Below, in pieces: positions 50,923 to 64,000 of a DNA stretch of 64,000 nucleotides. Positions within the stretch are counted from its first letter, which is position 1; every line of letters begins with the position of its first letter. This DNA is from Amoebophrya sp. A120 (Eukaryota; Protista; Dinoflagellata), in NCBI GenBank assembly GCA_905178155.1, contig CAJINV010000002.1:11348591-11412590 (forward strand), given 5' to 3'. A program made the position numbers and the translations under genes. The notes beneath the pieces are model-generated. The model was not told where the DNA came from and did no database searches. It saw only the letters and a list, made by a program, of their open reading frames with translations.

Positions 50923-53399
50923 TTTGCCGACACAGAATGGTCGTCTCCCCTGCGGTTCCGGCTCCGGGTCGTGTACTTATCGATGTGCAGAGACTGATCG
51001 CTGAAGCTGATGCCAATCTTTTCGCTTGGCCAGTGCCTCGCTTCCGTCTTCTCCTGGTTCTTGCCACCCTGCTGAAACGAAAAATTGTCCTTGTCGAAGA
51101 AGTGCCTATAGACGATCGATATCGTGCTGCGCCGCGAGCCAAAAGAGCAGCGCGAAGATGATCTACTACTTGTTCGAGAGCGACTGGGGTCTATTTCGTA
51201 CTACTCGTGCAGCTACCTTGGTCGTGTCTCTGCGTTTTTCTCTTTCGGCACGACAGATCGGGACGCGGAGATCGTCGCACAGCGAGAAGGAGGACGGTGC
51301 CGTCAGTCGTTCTGGAAGTAGTAGTGCCTCTACTGCTACTACTATACTTCTCGCTACTTCTCGTCGATTTCAGGAGAGACGGGCATCTTTTACTTTTGGG
51401 GAAATAAGTGTAGGATCCATCGCTATTATTCGGGCCTATGGTGGAGTCGTCTGGAGCGTCTGTAGCACTATGATGTTGAAGGCTGTCGCGATTAAAACTT
51501 CTTGTAGTTGAGGTCGGTGTTCCCACACCAATTATGGTCTTCGGTGCTGCCACCCGTGGTCGATTCTAAAGAAAAGCGACGGCCGAGGTAGAGAACGTTC
51601 TAACAGGACGGGGTCGCGCAGAGCAAGAACTGAAACGGCGGCTGAGCTCCTGGGTCGGTTGAGAACCTCCAGCAGTAGGCAAACTACAGGTCGTCAAATG
51701 TCGAAGCAATTCCGGCCCTTACTTTTGACGGCTGATCACCTGGACCACGTGATCAATCGTGGTCGTTACGCTCCTGTGGGCAAAAGAACTAAATTCTACT
51801 TGGGTCGGAGGTCGAAGCGGCTCACGTCGAAATCACTGAAGGATGTAGGTTCACCAGAAGATGAAGACAGACATTTTCTTTACGTTCCGATCGTGTAAGT
51901 AAAACAAAAAATGTTACGGGCGATCATAGGAAAAAAAAGCTACGGGCTTAGTGAGGCATCCAACGAGTCATGATAAGGCACTCTTCAACATGGTCACACT
52001 GAAGACCTTGCACATACATACTACGCAGGTCCACTTCGCTCAAAATGTTCTCCTCTGGCTGGAAATTAAATGGTCAGGTTGAGAAAATGGAAAGGCGAAA
52101 CCGCGACAACTGTACGAAAAAAGTCGCGACGCGCACTCATTTTATCGGCAACGAACCGATGTTGTGTAGTTTTTGATTTCGTTCTTACGGTCAACATGCA
52201 GATGCAATTATTGTTATTCATGTTCTTCTTCATATATTACTGCATCAACTTTAAATTTACTATATCAATTTCAATCTCGTGTTCCGGAGCATTACCTAGT
52301 ACTAGTTTGTTCTTGACCGCCACTACTTTTAAGTACCCCCTCCGCGTTTCCCCTTAATGTGATGGCATACATATCCAATAATCGAACCACAGGCCGTGGG
52401 AATTAATAGAAGAGCACGGGCAAGACCTCAACGAAGAAGGTAAGAGCTGAAGACTTCTTCACTAAATAACCAGCTGCATTTCGTCCGGAAGATCGGCCAG
52501 TCAAAAAAACACACACTACACAATTGAGCATCAATGATGGAAGGGGCTTCGATTTTCGATTTCGAGCGAAATGGCAAAATACGAACGTTCTTTTTTGAGA
52601 AAAACAATTTGAGAGCCGCGAATCAATGGCAGATTTCATCTACGAGCTGGTGGCCTGCGATAAACATAGGCCATAGGAACGGGAACCTCAAATTTTTCCG
52701 AACTACTAACTAGAGCTTCAAGGGACCATAAAGCTGCTAAAACAAGAAAGCTGTGGCTCGCGGAGCTCAGTCAATCATGCGTTTGTTAGTCCCGGTCCGC
52801 CGCGTTTTTTCCATGGTATCTATTCTATTCGAGAGAGGTATGCACCAGTTGAGCATTTTGCTTACATGGTCGAGACACTGGAATGTAAGAACGAGGCTGA
52901 GCCAGATCCTTTAATCTTGAATGCATTGCATTTTGATTTACATTTCCTTTTCCATTGGCCAGAGAGCGTGTGTGTGATCATCTTCATGGAGTTTTCCTCC
53001 CGTTGAAGGTACTTGCGAGCAGTCTCAGAGTAGACACTCATGAAGATCGAGATCCTTCAATACTTGTTTTCGTTTATACTCTGTCCCGCATCAAAATGTC
53101 ACAACGCTTATGCATGCAACTGCTCCCAACCGAGGACGCCACCAATGAATCGTGTAGAATTTCCTTCAATTTGAAGCTGGGCTGAGGTAGCGAATCTACA
53201 ATTGAAGTGCAGTTCTAGGTGGTTCTCTGTAGTACGCAGCTCCGTTTAAAAGTACGGGCCTGGCACAGCGTCTTGTGGAACATCAAACACACTGAACAAC
53301 GTTGTGACTCGGCGGTCCAATACACGGACCCCACTAATTTTGTTTTCATCTTCATGCAGCTATGGAAATGATTTTTGAACTTCGCTCGTCAATTGCGAT

Positions 53400-55121
53400 T
53401 ACGTATTCGTAATATACTGCATATAGTATAATTTTTTGATGTGCTGCCTGCTGAGGGTCATGCTCAGATCCGACTTCCTTGTTGATAAGCTGAAGATGCT
53501 CAGATGATCTCGATCATCTGCTTCCGTTTTTACAACACGGACGGTGAATTTAAGTCATTGTCGTTCGTTCGAGCTGCACAACTACAGGAGCGGCATATCC
53601 TTGTAGTTGTCGCCGGCTAATGTTGCTGCTGCCCCTCCTTTTTGATTTTACTCTGATCCAACGATAATAGGACCTTGCTCATCTTCCATGCAGCTTCATG
53701 TCACAGCCGCGCCGTCTCCTCGCCATGATGCTCACCTTGCTTTCGACAAACCCGCCCGGCTTTAGCTTTTCAACATGTCGCCCTCAAATTCATAAAACAA
53801 CTTTTTTCTTTATGTTTTCGCTATCGTTTCGAAACTGTGGTAGAAAAAAAAGAAATAGAATAGGAATACCAGTCGGTATTCTCATTAATAATGTGCGTGT
53901 GCAAAACAGGAGAAAAACTTGTATAGCAAACTGCAATGTAAATGATGTAAAACAAAAGAAAAAATCATCTCGATTTTTTTTGTCGCCCCATTCTGTCCAT
54001 GTTGAACATGGACACCGATACAACTCATGGTCATGCCCTCGACGAAGACCATCATTAACAGTCCTCACCCGTCAGAACGAATCTGAATGATTGATGAAAG
54101 CTGTCCAACTAGAGATGAAATAGAATTCAACAAGATAAATTGTCGTGGAAATGAATGATGAAATGGAAATCCTTATGGACAAAAAATGACACGTGTCCAC
54201 CTCCACACTTCTATCGCCTCCGTAGTTCTTCTTGCACAACGTATCGACTAACGACCTGATGCAGACAACGCGCCATGATAGATGAACTGTGAAAAGAAAG
54301 ATACTACAGGAGGAAGTGGCAAATCTCGGCGCAGCTTCGTTTTTATTTGCGCAGATGTTGTGGCTCTGTGTCTGAGCTGCCCGAAGAGATTCCACTCTCC
54401 CCTCCTTGCTTTGAGCTACTACTTCTGGGAATCGTAAGGTACTAGCGTGCAATTTCCGGCAAAAATTGCTCCCAAATTGCGTAGTCGTACTTACACTTTC
54501 TCCGTTGTATCTCCGTTGTAAAAGTGAATGAGACAGCGACGCAAATTGATGCTTCACAGACACCTCAAGTGGAGCATCGACGTGAGGCGGGGGTAGATTG
54601 ATCACCCCCTCCGCCGTGACGAGATGTGGGTACAACAAGACTCACGCGGCGCTGTCCGTCGTCTCCCCGTGGTCCACTTCCTCCTCCTCGTCCTTCTCCA
54701 CGCGCGGCCCCGCAGCAGGCCGCGGCTTTCCCAGCTGCAGGAGCGGCAGCGGCTTCTTCGCCGGGAAAGGGTCGGCGAAGATCGTCCCAGAGGGCGAGAA
54801 GGAGCGCTGTTCTTCGGGAGCACCTGCTCCCGCCGCCCCATCTTCATCATGATGCCCACTTGCACTTCCGCCGTCGCCAAGAAGACCTTCAGCTGGATCA
54901 TCGCGCCGCGAAGATGAGAGCAGCAAGGGACTCTTCTTAGTGGCCGCGCTCCTCTGCTCCGACAACGATAAAAAAGCGGAACGTCTTGTAGTTCTTCCAG
55001 TCGCGCTGCTTCTTCCTGAGGAGCGCCTCGTCCCCGCCGAAAGCCCGCTGGCAACGGTGAACCCCGAACCAGCAGCCGAACTCGGCGTTACACTCGCGCC
55101 ATTTCTATCAAATGCAAACAT
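53400..55121 (-). CDS. Hypothetical protein (first exon 54600-55121 plausible; downstream exons unresolved)
   Basis: GC-rich ATG-initiated ORF 54642..55121 followed by intron-like AT-rich sequence. Confidence 0.35.
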
Positions 55122-55358
55122 CGTGCTCCTTGGTCTTCAGAAAGAATGCAGAAAGTGCGTCCTCGTTGCTGCAGCTGCGACCTCTTAAAAAGTGTCGTCG
55201 CACCTCGCGCGACCGGATGACGAGAAGAACAGTGGTGCTGCTGCAATCTTTCTTGAGAATACATATACAACAACTGTCGTTCTATAAAACAAATGGAGGC
55301 AACAGTGCAGTGAAATCATTTGTTTGTACGACAAGAACTCCTACAGACCAGGGAAGCA

Positions 55359-58300
55359 TCACGAAGATGCATAAGGAGCAGAAGAATACTCTGAATAATC
55401 ATCAGAGTCATCATAATAATCCTCAGCAGGATCATCTAAGGCGGCGGATGAAGCGCGGCTTCCCGTTCTGGAACTGCGTCTTGAAACGCGGCTTCCAGCG
55501 CGGCTTCCAGGTGACCTGGAAGCCGGAAGTCGTGTTCCAACTGGCGGTTGTGCCGGACGCGGCAGCAGCCCAGGAGATCGCGTTCCGCTGCTCCCCACCC
55601 TGCTCCTGGCCCCGCCCGCACTGCTCATGGCCCTGCCCGCTACACTGCTCCTTGCAACTCCTGCCCGCCCCCTCGGCTGTTGCGTGCTCCCGGGCAGAAC
55701 GGCTGCCGTTTGCTGGGGCCCGCCACCCCCCACAAGCTTTCGCCGGTGTTCCGTAATTTGCGACAGTACCTTCTGCCGCCCGCATTCCCGCTTGTAGTTC
55801 AAGAAGCTGAGCGCCTCTGTGTGGCTGAGCACCGCGTTTTCGTACGGTGGAGCCTCCACCGCCAGTGGCTCGCGTTTTTGAATTGGGTTCTCTGGCACAG
55901 ACAAGAGGTGAACGTCCGCGTTTTGGTACTGGTGAAGAAGGTAACGCGTGATCACCCCGGCCAACACCAAGTCTCCCACGTACGCCTGCGTTTGCTCCTT
56001 CAGTTCGTCCATTTTTTGGTCTTGTTGCACTTGGTTCAGAGCACGATCCTGGATGATGATGTCCCGAAGCCATTTTAGGTTCGAAAACTGATACGGACGG
56101 TTTGGATCATCGTCGTGCGGGTCCTGCCTCAGGTACAGAGCATCCAGGTTCCAAATGGTGACGCTCCCGTCGAATCGCTTCGCTTTTTGTTCGGTCTTCT
56201 TTTGTGTTGCCGACGTTTTGTTCTTCCCGGCAGATGTGAGCTCGTCGAGAAATCGCTTATATTGCGTCTCCACATCCTTTCGCACCACATCAGCCAACAT
56301 TTCCTGGGCCTCCGAGTATTGTCCGCTCCGCAGAAACTGCACGAAGTCGCTCCACGCCGCACCATCGCCCTGCCAATGCTCGACGCTGGAGATTTCCACG
56401 CGGAAAACCAGGCAAGAGTTGGCGGAGCCCTTCGAGCCCGTGATTTCCTGGCACTTTTTCTCCTGCGTTTTGGTGTTGAGTGGCAGTTGCATCTGCCTTA
56501 TGGAAGCGTCAGGTTTGAAATCGTCAAAGTTGAAATAATTTGTAATGCATAAAATGCATGACCGGAGGCACGTGTGTTGCAGAGCAGGCAAGTGAGGCCG
56601 ATTGTAAGCCTGTTTGGGGCTACAGCTCGAGCTGCTAAAGTAACATGAGAAAATCGCTCTTCTTTGCCTAAACAGCATGACAGAGTGGATTTAGGGACCA
56701 CCGAAATTTGTCTTGCGCTACTTGGAAACTGGGTTCCAATTGGCATCCATTTTATGCATGACAAATTATTTCAACTTTATCGATTTCAACTCTGACACAT
56801 CCATATGCCTCGGGTCTTCCGTCTCGGTGTCTTTTTTGCGGATCCGCCCGACGGGGACGAGCAGTCCGTCGCCCAGGTCCGTAATGTAGGTCGCGGGATA
56901 TTCTCCATCGACTTGATCGAAGAACACACGCTCCATGGTGGTCTTTGCCGCGTTGCAGGCGTCGTCCAACACCAGCATCTGGGCCTGCGTCATCCGCACG
57001 TGCAGCTGGTCCTTCGTACCAAGCCCGTTCCGGATCGGCGTCGTCGTGTGGGACTTCAAATATTCATCCAACACCTCGTCCCGCTTCTTCGAGAACTTGT
57101 AATACTCTATTCTCGCTTGGTTGCCGTGGAGCACGTACAGCGGCGAATTTGGGTCGTCGTCGGTGGAAAACCGGGCGTATTCTCTGCAAAAGTCCATCGT
57201 ATCAAGGTTTCCAATTGCAACTGCAGTACCTAGATGTAGATCTAGATGTAGAGACGACAAATAACTCATTTGCCGAAGAAGACATATACACTGTTGCTAC
57301 TGCTACTCAGGAGCAGAGCTAGTAGTAAAGGAAAACAAGGCTCAAGCAAATGATCAATTGCTAACATGCAGTTTGTTTTGGCAACCTGAAGACGATAGCT
57401 TTCAACTGCATAAAGCTTCCCAATCTGCGGCGTCGTGCGCAACTCCTGACGCCGCCCAGGAAGAAGCATAGAGACGAAGGAGAGCGGCTTTGCGCGACGC
57501 CTGCTGGTAGGTGAGCAATATGGCGCTCTCAAATGTTACATTCTCAACTGTTACATGATTTGTCATGCAAAAACACTGTCACTCTTAATACGATCAAGCC
57601 TTCTCCGCATGACAACTTCTCGACGTGCTAGATAGCATTATAATCTGCTCCAAACCTGTAATGCAAAAGGCGCAACGTTTTTCCTTTCACTTTTGTCGTT
57701 CTTGCATTACAAATTTCATGTAACAGTTGAGAATGTAACGTTTGAGAACGCCATAAGCAACGCTTTCAGTTTATCGAAAGAAAAAAACCTTACCTCCAAT
57801 ATGCGTATTCAGCGAAGGCGCGTGAAAATGGAGGAGGTCAGGGCCTTAGCTTGTAGAAAGCAGAGGAAGAAGGGCAGAGAAAAAGAAGCCAAGTTGTCGT
57901 CGGACGCCTACTTCTGCCTTTTATACGTGATCAAAAGAAAAACTAGAGGACCGTGACTCTTCCTAAAGCCATGAAAAGAAGTAAAACTTTGAGAACCAAC
58001 CGCGGCGATGACACATGCGCATTTTCCTTGTTCTCACAGCAGATCTACTCTACGTGCATACTTCTATTTCTGAATTGGAGCTGGAGGGAGGCAAACAAGA
58101 AGCGCAGATTGATGAAGGCAGAAATCAATCGACCAAGTCCAAAGGACCTCTACTGTGGCTTATGCGGGGCGTTCCATCAAGAGCCGGCCCGACATCAATC
58201 AACCTGCAGCAGGGCTAGGGCTTCAGCTGGGCTGGCTCTCATCCCTTGCAAGAAAGCACGGACCTACGAATGTGTCCATGCGCCACAGCGATCTTTCGCC

Positions 58301-60636
58301 CGAAACCGGGGAAAAGTAAGAGCAGAGATTGAGATGGATGTTGATGAAAAAACGAGAAACAAAAAGATGAAAAATGGTTGGTCCCAATGATCTCACCACT
58401 TCTAGCACATCAACTAGCGGCATTTTTTCGCTAGGAGGCAAGTAGGCAGCGGGTTTTTTTCTAATCATATCATTGGATGTCCCGCATCTGCTCAAACACC
58501 CCGCCGAGCGAGTCGGCCTTGATTTCGTAAGCCGACTTTGGCTTTGCCTTGGGTGCAGCTGGGGCGTCAATTCTTGTCTGATCAAGGGCCTTGGACAAGC
58601 TGGCACGCATCCATTGTTCGGGGCGCTTGTACGTGCTGATGTCTCCGGCTTGGTAGCAGGGCTGCAGACTTGCCTTCACGTGGGACCTCGCCACTGACTC
58701 CGTCATGCCGTACCGCTGCTCGATGTACCCAGTGAGCACGTCACCAAGGGCAGCAAGGGACACGTCGTTGCTGGCAGAGTTTGGGTATGGGTTCACATCC
58801 ACGTCGATCAGCAAAATTCTCTTTGGAAAATCAAGCATGTCCTTGTTCTCACCCGTGGTTTTCTCGAGCATTTTTTTCGCGATGCCGAGCGGACTGCTGT
58901 CGCCGTTTTGAACCTTTTGTTTTCGCGTCACGTCCAGGAGACCTCGGCGTTCCGGCGCCGCCTTCGTCGGAGCCGGCCTGGCTTGGAGGACCCACCCGCG
59001 TCTGCCTGGGCCGCGAGGACAAGTTATCCAAAAGCTCTGCGGGTTTTGTTCCCAGTTCCCGCCATCGCACACAAAGGTCTGCGCAGTTTCCTGGTCCAAC
59101 ATGTAAAGGTCCAACATGTAAGTATTTTGGGATTGGGGATGTTTTGTTCGATCAAGCCAGACAATCTGTCCCGTTTTTTCCATCTTTGTCCAGTCAGAGT
59201 TCAACTTGTCTCCCACCTTTCTCGTGTCTTGAACCATCCGACTCAAATCCTCGCTGAGGGAGGTATGGCGTTCTCAACTGTTACATTCTCAACTGTTACA
59301 TGAATTTGTCATGCAGAACTACCATCAAGATCTACACGAGAAAGCTGCTTCGCGTGACAAATTTGCGAAAGGCTAAGCAAAGCCTAAATCTGTGCAGAAC
59401 TTGTATGTAATGCTAGAGGTGCAAGAACCTCGCCCCTTTCACTTTTGCAATTCTTGCATCACAGACTCATGTAACAGTTGAGAATGTAACAGTTGAGAAC
59501 GCCATAGGAGGTGTCGAAGATCACGTTCACGACGGGCGCCGAGTCTTCGCCGAGGGGGGGCTTCGCCGCAAAACAGCCCGACCGAGAGAGCTTGTCTGCG
59601 AACAAATCGCGGTCAGCCTGGGAAGCGTTCTCGTCAGGCACACTAAGCTTCAACTTCTGGTACCCAACACCCCACCGATCAATCTCCCCGCGGACGTTCA
59701 TCCCGGAGTCGCGAACCGACGAGTCCACAAAGTTCACGCAGATTTCGGGCACAATCGAAACGGCAGCAAATGAAGGCCCGCCTTCGACCCCTCCCGGCAC
59801 TGGATTGCTGCACTGCTGGTTGGTACTCAGCGCCACTGCTGCCATCTGGGAGCGGACCCCGCCGAAGGCTGCCTCCTCCTGCTTGCGAACCTGCTCCTGC
59901 TTTTTCTGCGCGGCCTCGTGTGCCAGCAAAGCTTTCCGTGCAAAGTAGCTGGATCCGATGAAACCTCCCAAATTGGGGGTTCCGTAAATTCCCCAATTCG
60001 CACCCACCAGGGCCGCACCAACGACCGGAAGCGTCCATAAGACCGCACCTGCAGGTGAGATCTGCTGCAGCTGCTTCTCCTGCACCTGCTGCTTCTCCTG
60101 CACCTGCTGCTTCTCCTGTACCTGCTGCTTCTCCTGTACCTGCTGCTTCTCCTGCACCTGCTGCTTCTCCTGCACCTGCTGCTTTTCCTGCACCTGCTGC
60201 TTCTCCTGCACCTGCTGCTTTTCCTCGAGCCTTTCCCGCAGAAGCTCTGTAAAACAAAAAGAATGGATCTTGCCACACTTGAACTTCTTGACCATCAAAC
60301 CTATAAAAATCATGGGAAAATGAGAAACCAAAGAGAAATGACGTGAAGATCAACATGATCATGATGTAGATGTTCGCGTCGTGGGAACAACAACAACATC
60401 AACAAACTACACGAATATAATAGCTGCGTGGTACTCGTTCGCTTCTTCTGAAATTCCAGCTTCACTCCCGATCCGGTGTAGAAAACCGCAGCAAGCCAGT
60501 ACATCACCAGGCGTGGCAAGTGAAGGCCCGGTCGGGCCCCTGCACGGACAACTACTACGGGCGACGAAGATGCTGCAGCGCTTGACGAGGCCGCCGCAGT
60601 CGCGGAGAACCCTGCTCGGGCACAACCTTGCACCAT
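55359..60636 (-). CDS. Large multi-exon hypothetical protein with 3 introners and a QEKQQV repeat (could be more than one gene)
   Basis: ORFs 59459..60331 and 58470..59246 join in frame after introner removal (FDTS|LSEDLSRMVQD), as do 56766..57269 and 55359..56678 (EDPR|QMQLPLNTK). No family recognised. Confidence 0.65.
56499..56805. mobile_element. Introner family B (307 bp)
   Basis: Family B TIRs; DR tgcct at 56494-56498 and 56806-56810. Confidence 0.95.
57519..57755. mobile_element. Introner family D (237 bp)
   Basis: Family D TIRs; DR agcaa. Host exon frame is plausible (KLKAL|LTYQQASRKA) but not independently anchored. Confidence 0.92.
59264..59506. mobile_element. Introner family D (243 bp)
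   Basis: Family D TIRs; DR ggagg at 59259-59263 and 59507-59511. Confidence 0.95.
60071..60224. repeat. Coding 18-bp tandem repeat (QEKQQV)n
   Basis: About 9 copies of ctgctgcttctcctgcac. Confidence 0.9.
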
Positions 60637-61999
60637 GATGTCCTTGAAGGGAAACGGAAAACTTGCTGTGATCAAAAATCAAGAACAACGCCGAAGTTGA
60701 AGTTCGATCTTATTGGGATACAGTTCAAGTTGTTGTTCCCTCGTTGTTGCCTTGTTGTTGCATGAAGTACTAAAAATGAAAATCGAAATCCCGACGTCGA
60801 TATTACTATTAGAGGAAAGCTCCAGAAAGTGATCTTCACGGTGGCGATCTTGTTTCTTTAATAACACATCATCGTCTACTCAGACAGCAAAGCAAGAATC
60901 GCAAATTCGAATTCGTAAAAATACGGGTCGTGGGTAACGGTAATGGAGATTCCTGTCATAAGGATAAATGTACTTAGTGAGTGTCCTGCAACAACAATTC
61001 ATACGAAACGTCAAAACTTTGGTGGACGAGAAGGCACGAATATTGACAGACCACGAGTATTTTCTTCTTCGGTCTTGCACGACTACCGATCCGAAGCTAT
61101 CTGCTTAGCAGGCTTTGGCAATAATGAACGATGCCTGTCCACTTGGTTCAACTGATGTGCATGCTGCAATCGAACTGATGAATAGCCTAAAAAATCATGA
61201 AGACCTTCTTTTACTTGTTGTGGCGCGAACGTTTTTATTGTTTAAAGTAAAAAGTAAAGTAAAGTAAAAGTCTTGGACTATAGGATCCAGAAACGGTGGC
61301 GCTCCATGATCCGCTTTCTGGATTTCAATAGCAGTATGCTGCGACAACCGAATTGATGCAAGTCTTCAATGAAACAGTAACAAACAGGATGATGTGTATT
61401 TTTTTACAAACCGAGTATTCGTGTAACTTGAAACCGAATTCTACGTCACTTCTGCGCGCTCCAGTCACGATGGATACTGATTACAATATTTCACTTTGTC
61501 CGAAGGAAAAATTGTGCAACGGGTCGTATTCATACATCAATCTTCATTTTATACTTAGTAGCCGACGAATCTTCAAAGAATTTCAAGCCGAGTTGCCCAG
61601 TGCGACAACTTTTTTTTCGACCGCTTTGCTTTGTATCAATCCATAAGTACAAGCGGAATCTACTTGACTTTCACTTTCCTCCTTTTACCGAGTTCGATGG
61701 TTGACCGACGTGATAGAATTGGATAGACCTCCTTCGCAACAGGTGTTGAAAAACTAGACATGCGTTGATGACCGCTATTCCAGCAGGAGCATCCCGATAT
61801 CAATGTCCAGTGCATTTGCTTTCAGCAGCCTCTAATTTCATCAACAGAAATGAATCAAATACTTATCAGGTTGAATCGGATGAAGAGGTGCGCAAAACCA
61901 AAACGCCACTTAGCAAGTTTTTTTTGTCCTCTTGGTCTCGACTGCGGTGGCAGTCCGCTTCACGAAAAAAAAATCTCTGGTCGTCCACCTCTACCTGTC

Positions 62000-63830
62000 A
62001 GATTGGGAACAAAGCACGGCGATCGCGTACTAGAGGCCTGCATCCGCTTGCTCTACTTCTTCTCCATCGAGGTTAGCGACCTCCTCGTCCCTGAAGGATG
62101 ATGACATTTTTAACAACGAAGGACTGCCTTCCAGTAGCTGCGAAAGTCGCTCGCTTCGCCGAGGATTCCGATGGCAGGTTTCGGTTTCGGTCACGACATC
62201 AACTCCATCTTCGACATCAGTTTCCTCCACAGCCTTCGTGGTCTTTCCTGCTGCAGGGAAGGCGCTTGCGGCGGAAGAACAGGAAGTAGAGCTCGTCGAT
62301 TTGGTTGCGCTTATTGCGACAGACAGGGTCGCCGTTGATGGCGGAGATGATGAAGATGTTGATGACCGTGTATTTCTACCCGCGGAAGAAATTAGAGCTT
62401 CATCTAGTTCTACACCTTTGCTAGGATCATGATCCAGCAGTCGTCCTTCGGAAATGCTGGCCGAAGAGGACGCGGCGCCGGCTTCGCTGTAAGACGCCAG
62501 GAAGAGTCTTTGCCCGACGAGCGTGCTGTCCTGCGTGCCGTCGACGCTATTTGGCGACGTAGGAGAGGAATACCTGAAGTGAGAAAAATCTGCCGACGAC
62601 GATCCTACGTGCTGGCGGTCGTGGTGTCCATATTTCTAGGTCGTTCGTATATCCATTATATGCACATTTGGATGTTTTCGAGCATAATCAATGCCGCAGC
62701 CGGTAGGCGACTTCCATTCCGATGAATTGATTTGTTCTGACGTGATGGTCCACCAGCAAATTAGTGCATTTTTGGAAGTCGTCACTCAGTAGCCACCCGC
62801 CTCGTCGGGACTGACACAAATCAACAGGAAATCCTAGAAGAAGATATCACGTGGTTCACGGAAGTATTTATTCTGTTGTACCCGCCTGTGCTTTTTTTCA
62901 GTCGCGACACACTTTTCGGGGACGGGGACACAGAGGTCGCAACCGCGCCAATGTCGCAGATTATCGAGAGGTTAAATCCCCCCTCCCCATATTGAAAAGT
63001 TACGCTTTCAAGAATTTACGTTCTTGGGTTGCTGATTTGCGGCCACAAATCAGATTTGTCTTGCAAGAAGACAAGCGCAACGGCTTCCCTCCGATTATGG
63101 AAGCGAATATGTGGCAACATGCTGTACCTGTAGGGCCTAGAGGGCAGCCATTTGCAATGCTAAACAACTGGACCCAGACGCCCCTACCTAGGCTGGGTAT
63201 CTGGCCTGCTCAATGCCTTACTGCAAGACGGAGCGCATGATTTTGATTTGTGTACGCAAATATACTGAGCGTCAGCGACTCCGTTTCGATATGGGAAGGG
63301 GGCACTTTTCCTTTTGATACAGATCTCTTCTTCTTCTGTCAGACAGCTCAGCAACCCACCACTGACCTCATCCACCTCCACTCCGGCCGATGTTGGGGAT
63401 GGTATCTTGTTCAACCTCATCATGTTCAACATCATGTCGCCTTGCGCCCCTTGTGGTCCCCGATTCGGCTCGCCCGTGCCTCTACTTGCTGCAGCTCCGT
63501 GCATGCTGTCTGGAATAATAATAATTCGCCCCGAAGAAATTCCCTCGGACGAGCAGCTTAATATGGCTTCATCATCTTGTCCTTCGAGAAATTCGTGCAT
63601 GTTCTTCGGTGTGCGCGTCTTGTTCGTGCCGTGGTAGGTACTTTCGCTCGCTCCGCCCGAAGCGCCAGTCGTCGTCTTGTTGGCGCCATTGGGCGAAGTT
63701 CGAAAGCTCCCTGCCGGCGAGGAGCGACGAGAGTCCGAGATGGATGACCCGGCCTTGCTTGTCTGGCTGATCCGTCGGCAGCTGGGTGTCACCAGATGGC
63801 TCGTGGTGGTCGTTGCGGTGGAGGTCAAAA
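62000..63830 (-). CDS. 3' part of a low-complexity hypothetical protein continuing beyond the window
   Basis: S/T/G-rich ORF 63184..63828 and acidic pieces near 62030-62600 on the minus strand. Confidence 0.35.
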
Positions 63831-64000
63831 GGTGATCGTCGTGATCACCTGCTCCTGGTGGAATGTCAAAATTTATATTTATAACTTAACTGTCCTAATC
63901 ATAAATAATGCCAAAGAACTTCTGCAGCGCTAATCACATTTGACTTGCTATCATGTCCATCACGATTGAACTTCTTGCAGTTTTGATTGCACGTGTCTGG

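Noticed and set aside
55105-55122. tatcaaatgcaaa match to the family A TIR start
   Set aside because: Only ~13 bp with no partner TIR or DR; it overlaps the start of a minus-strand ORF and is probably chance.
2723-59506. Recurrent peptides such as SNVKMSGSGR and PDPDIFTFD in many ORFs as a protein repeat family
   Set aside because: They are translations of the introner TIRs, not genuine protein motifs.

Overview
Eukaryotic genomic DNA with intron-containing genes. By inference it comes from an alveolate, most consistent with the parasitic dinoflagellate Amoebophrya (Syndiniales). About 11 protein-coding genes are visible, all on the minus strand: a membrane RING E3 ligase, an EF-hand/Kv/C2 channel, a single-domain Na/Ca-type channel with EF-hands, 3-hydroxyisobutyrate dehydrogenase, a PP2C phosphatase, an F-box/CDK-like pseudokinase/cyclin fusion, a Paf1-like gene and several unknowns. 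The most striking feature is 14 MITE-like 'introner' insertions of at least 5 sequence families. Each starts TAT and ends ATA, has terminal inverted repeats (TIRs) and a 5-bp flanking direct repeat (DR), and lies in coding exons or a 5' UTR. None allows GT-AG boundaries. In the 12 coding cases I could check, removing the element plus one DR copy restores the reading frame, often mid-motif. All families share a TTGT[ACG]ATGC motif, and one element carries a nested polyA-tailed retroposon. The window also has a 1.8-kb TIR element, two GC-rich inserts flanked by duplicated exon ends, a 3.3-kb double minisatellite and one assembly gap with an artefactual duplication. Gene models were spliced by eye; no database searches were run.
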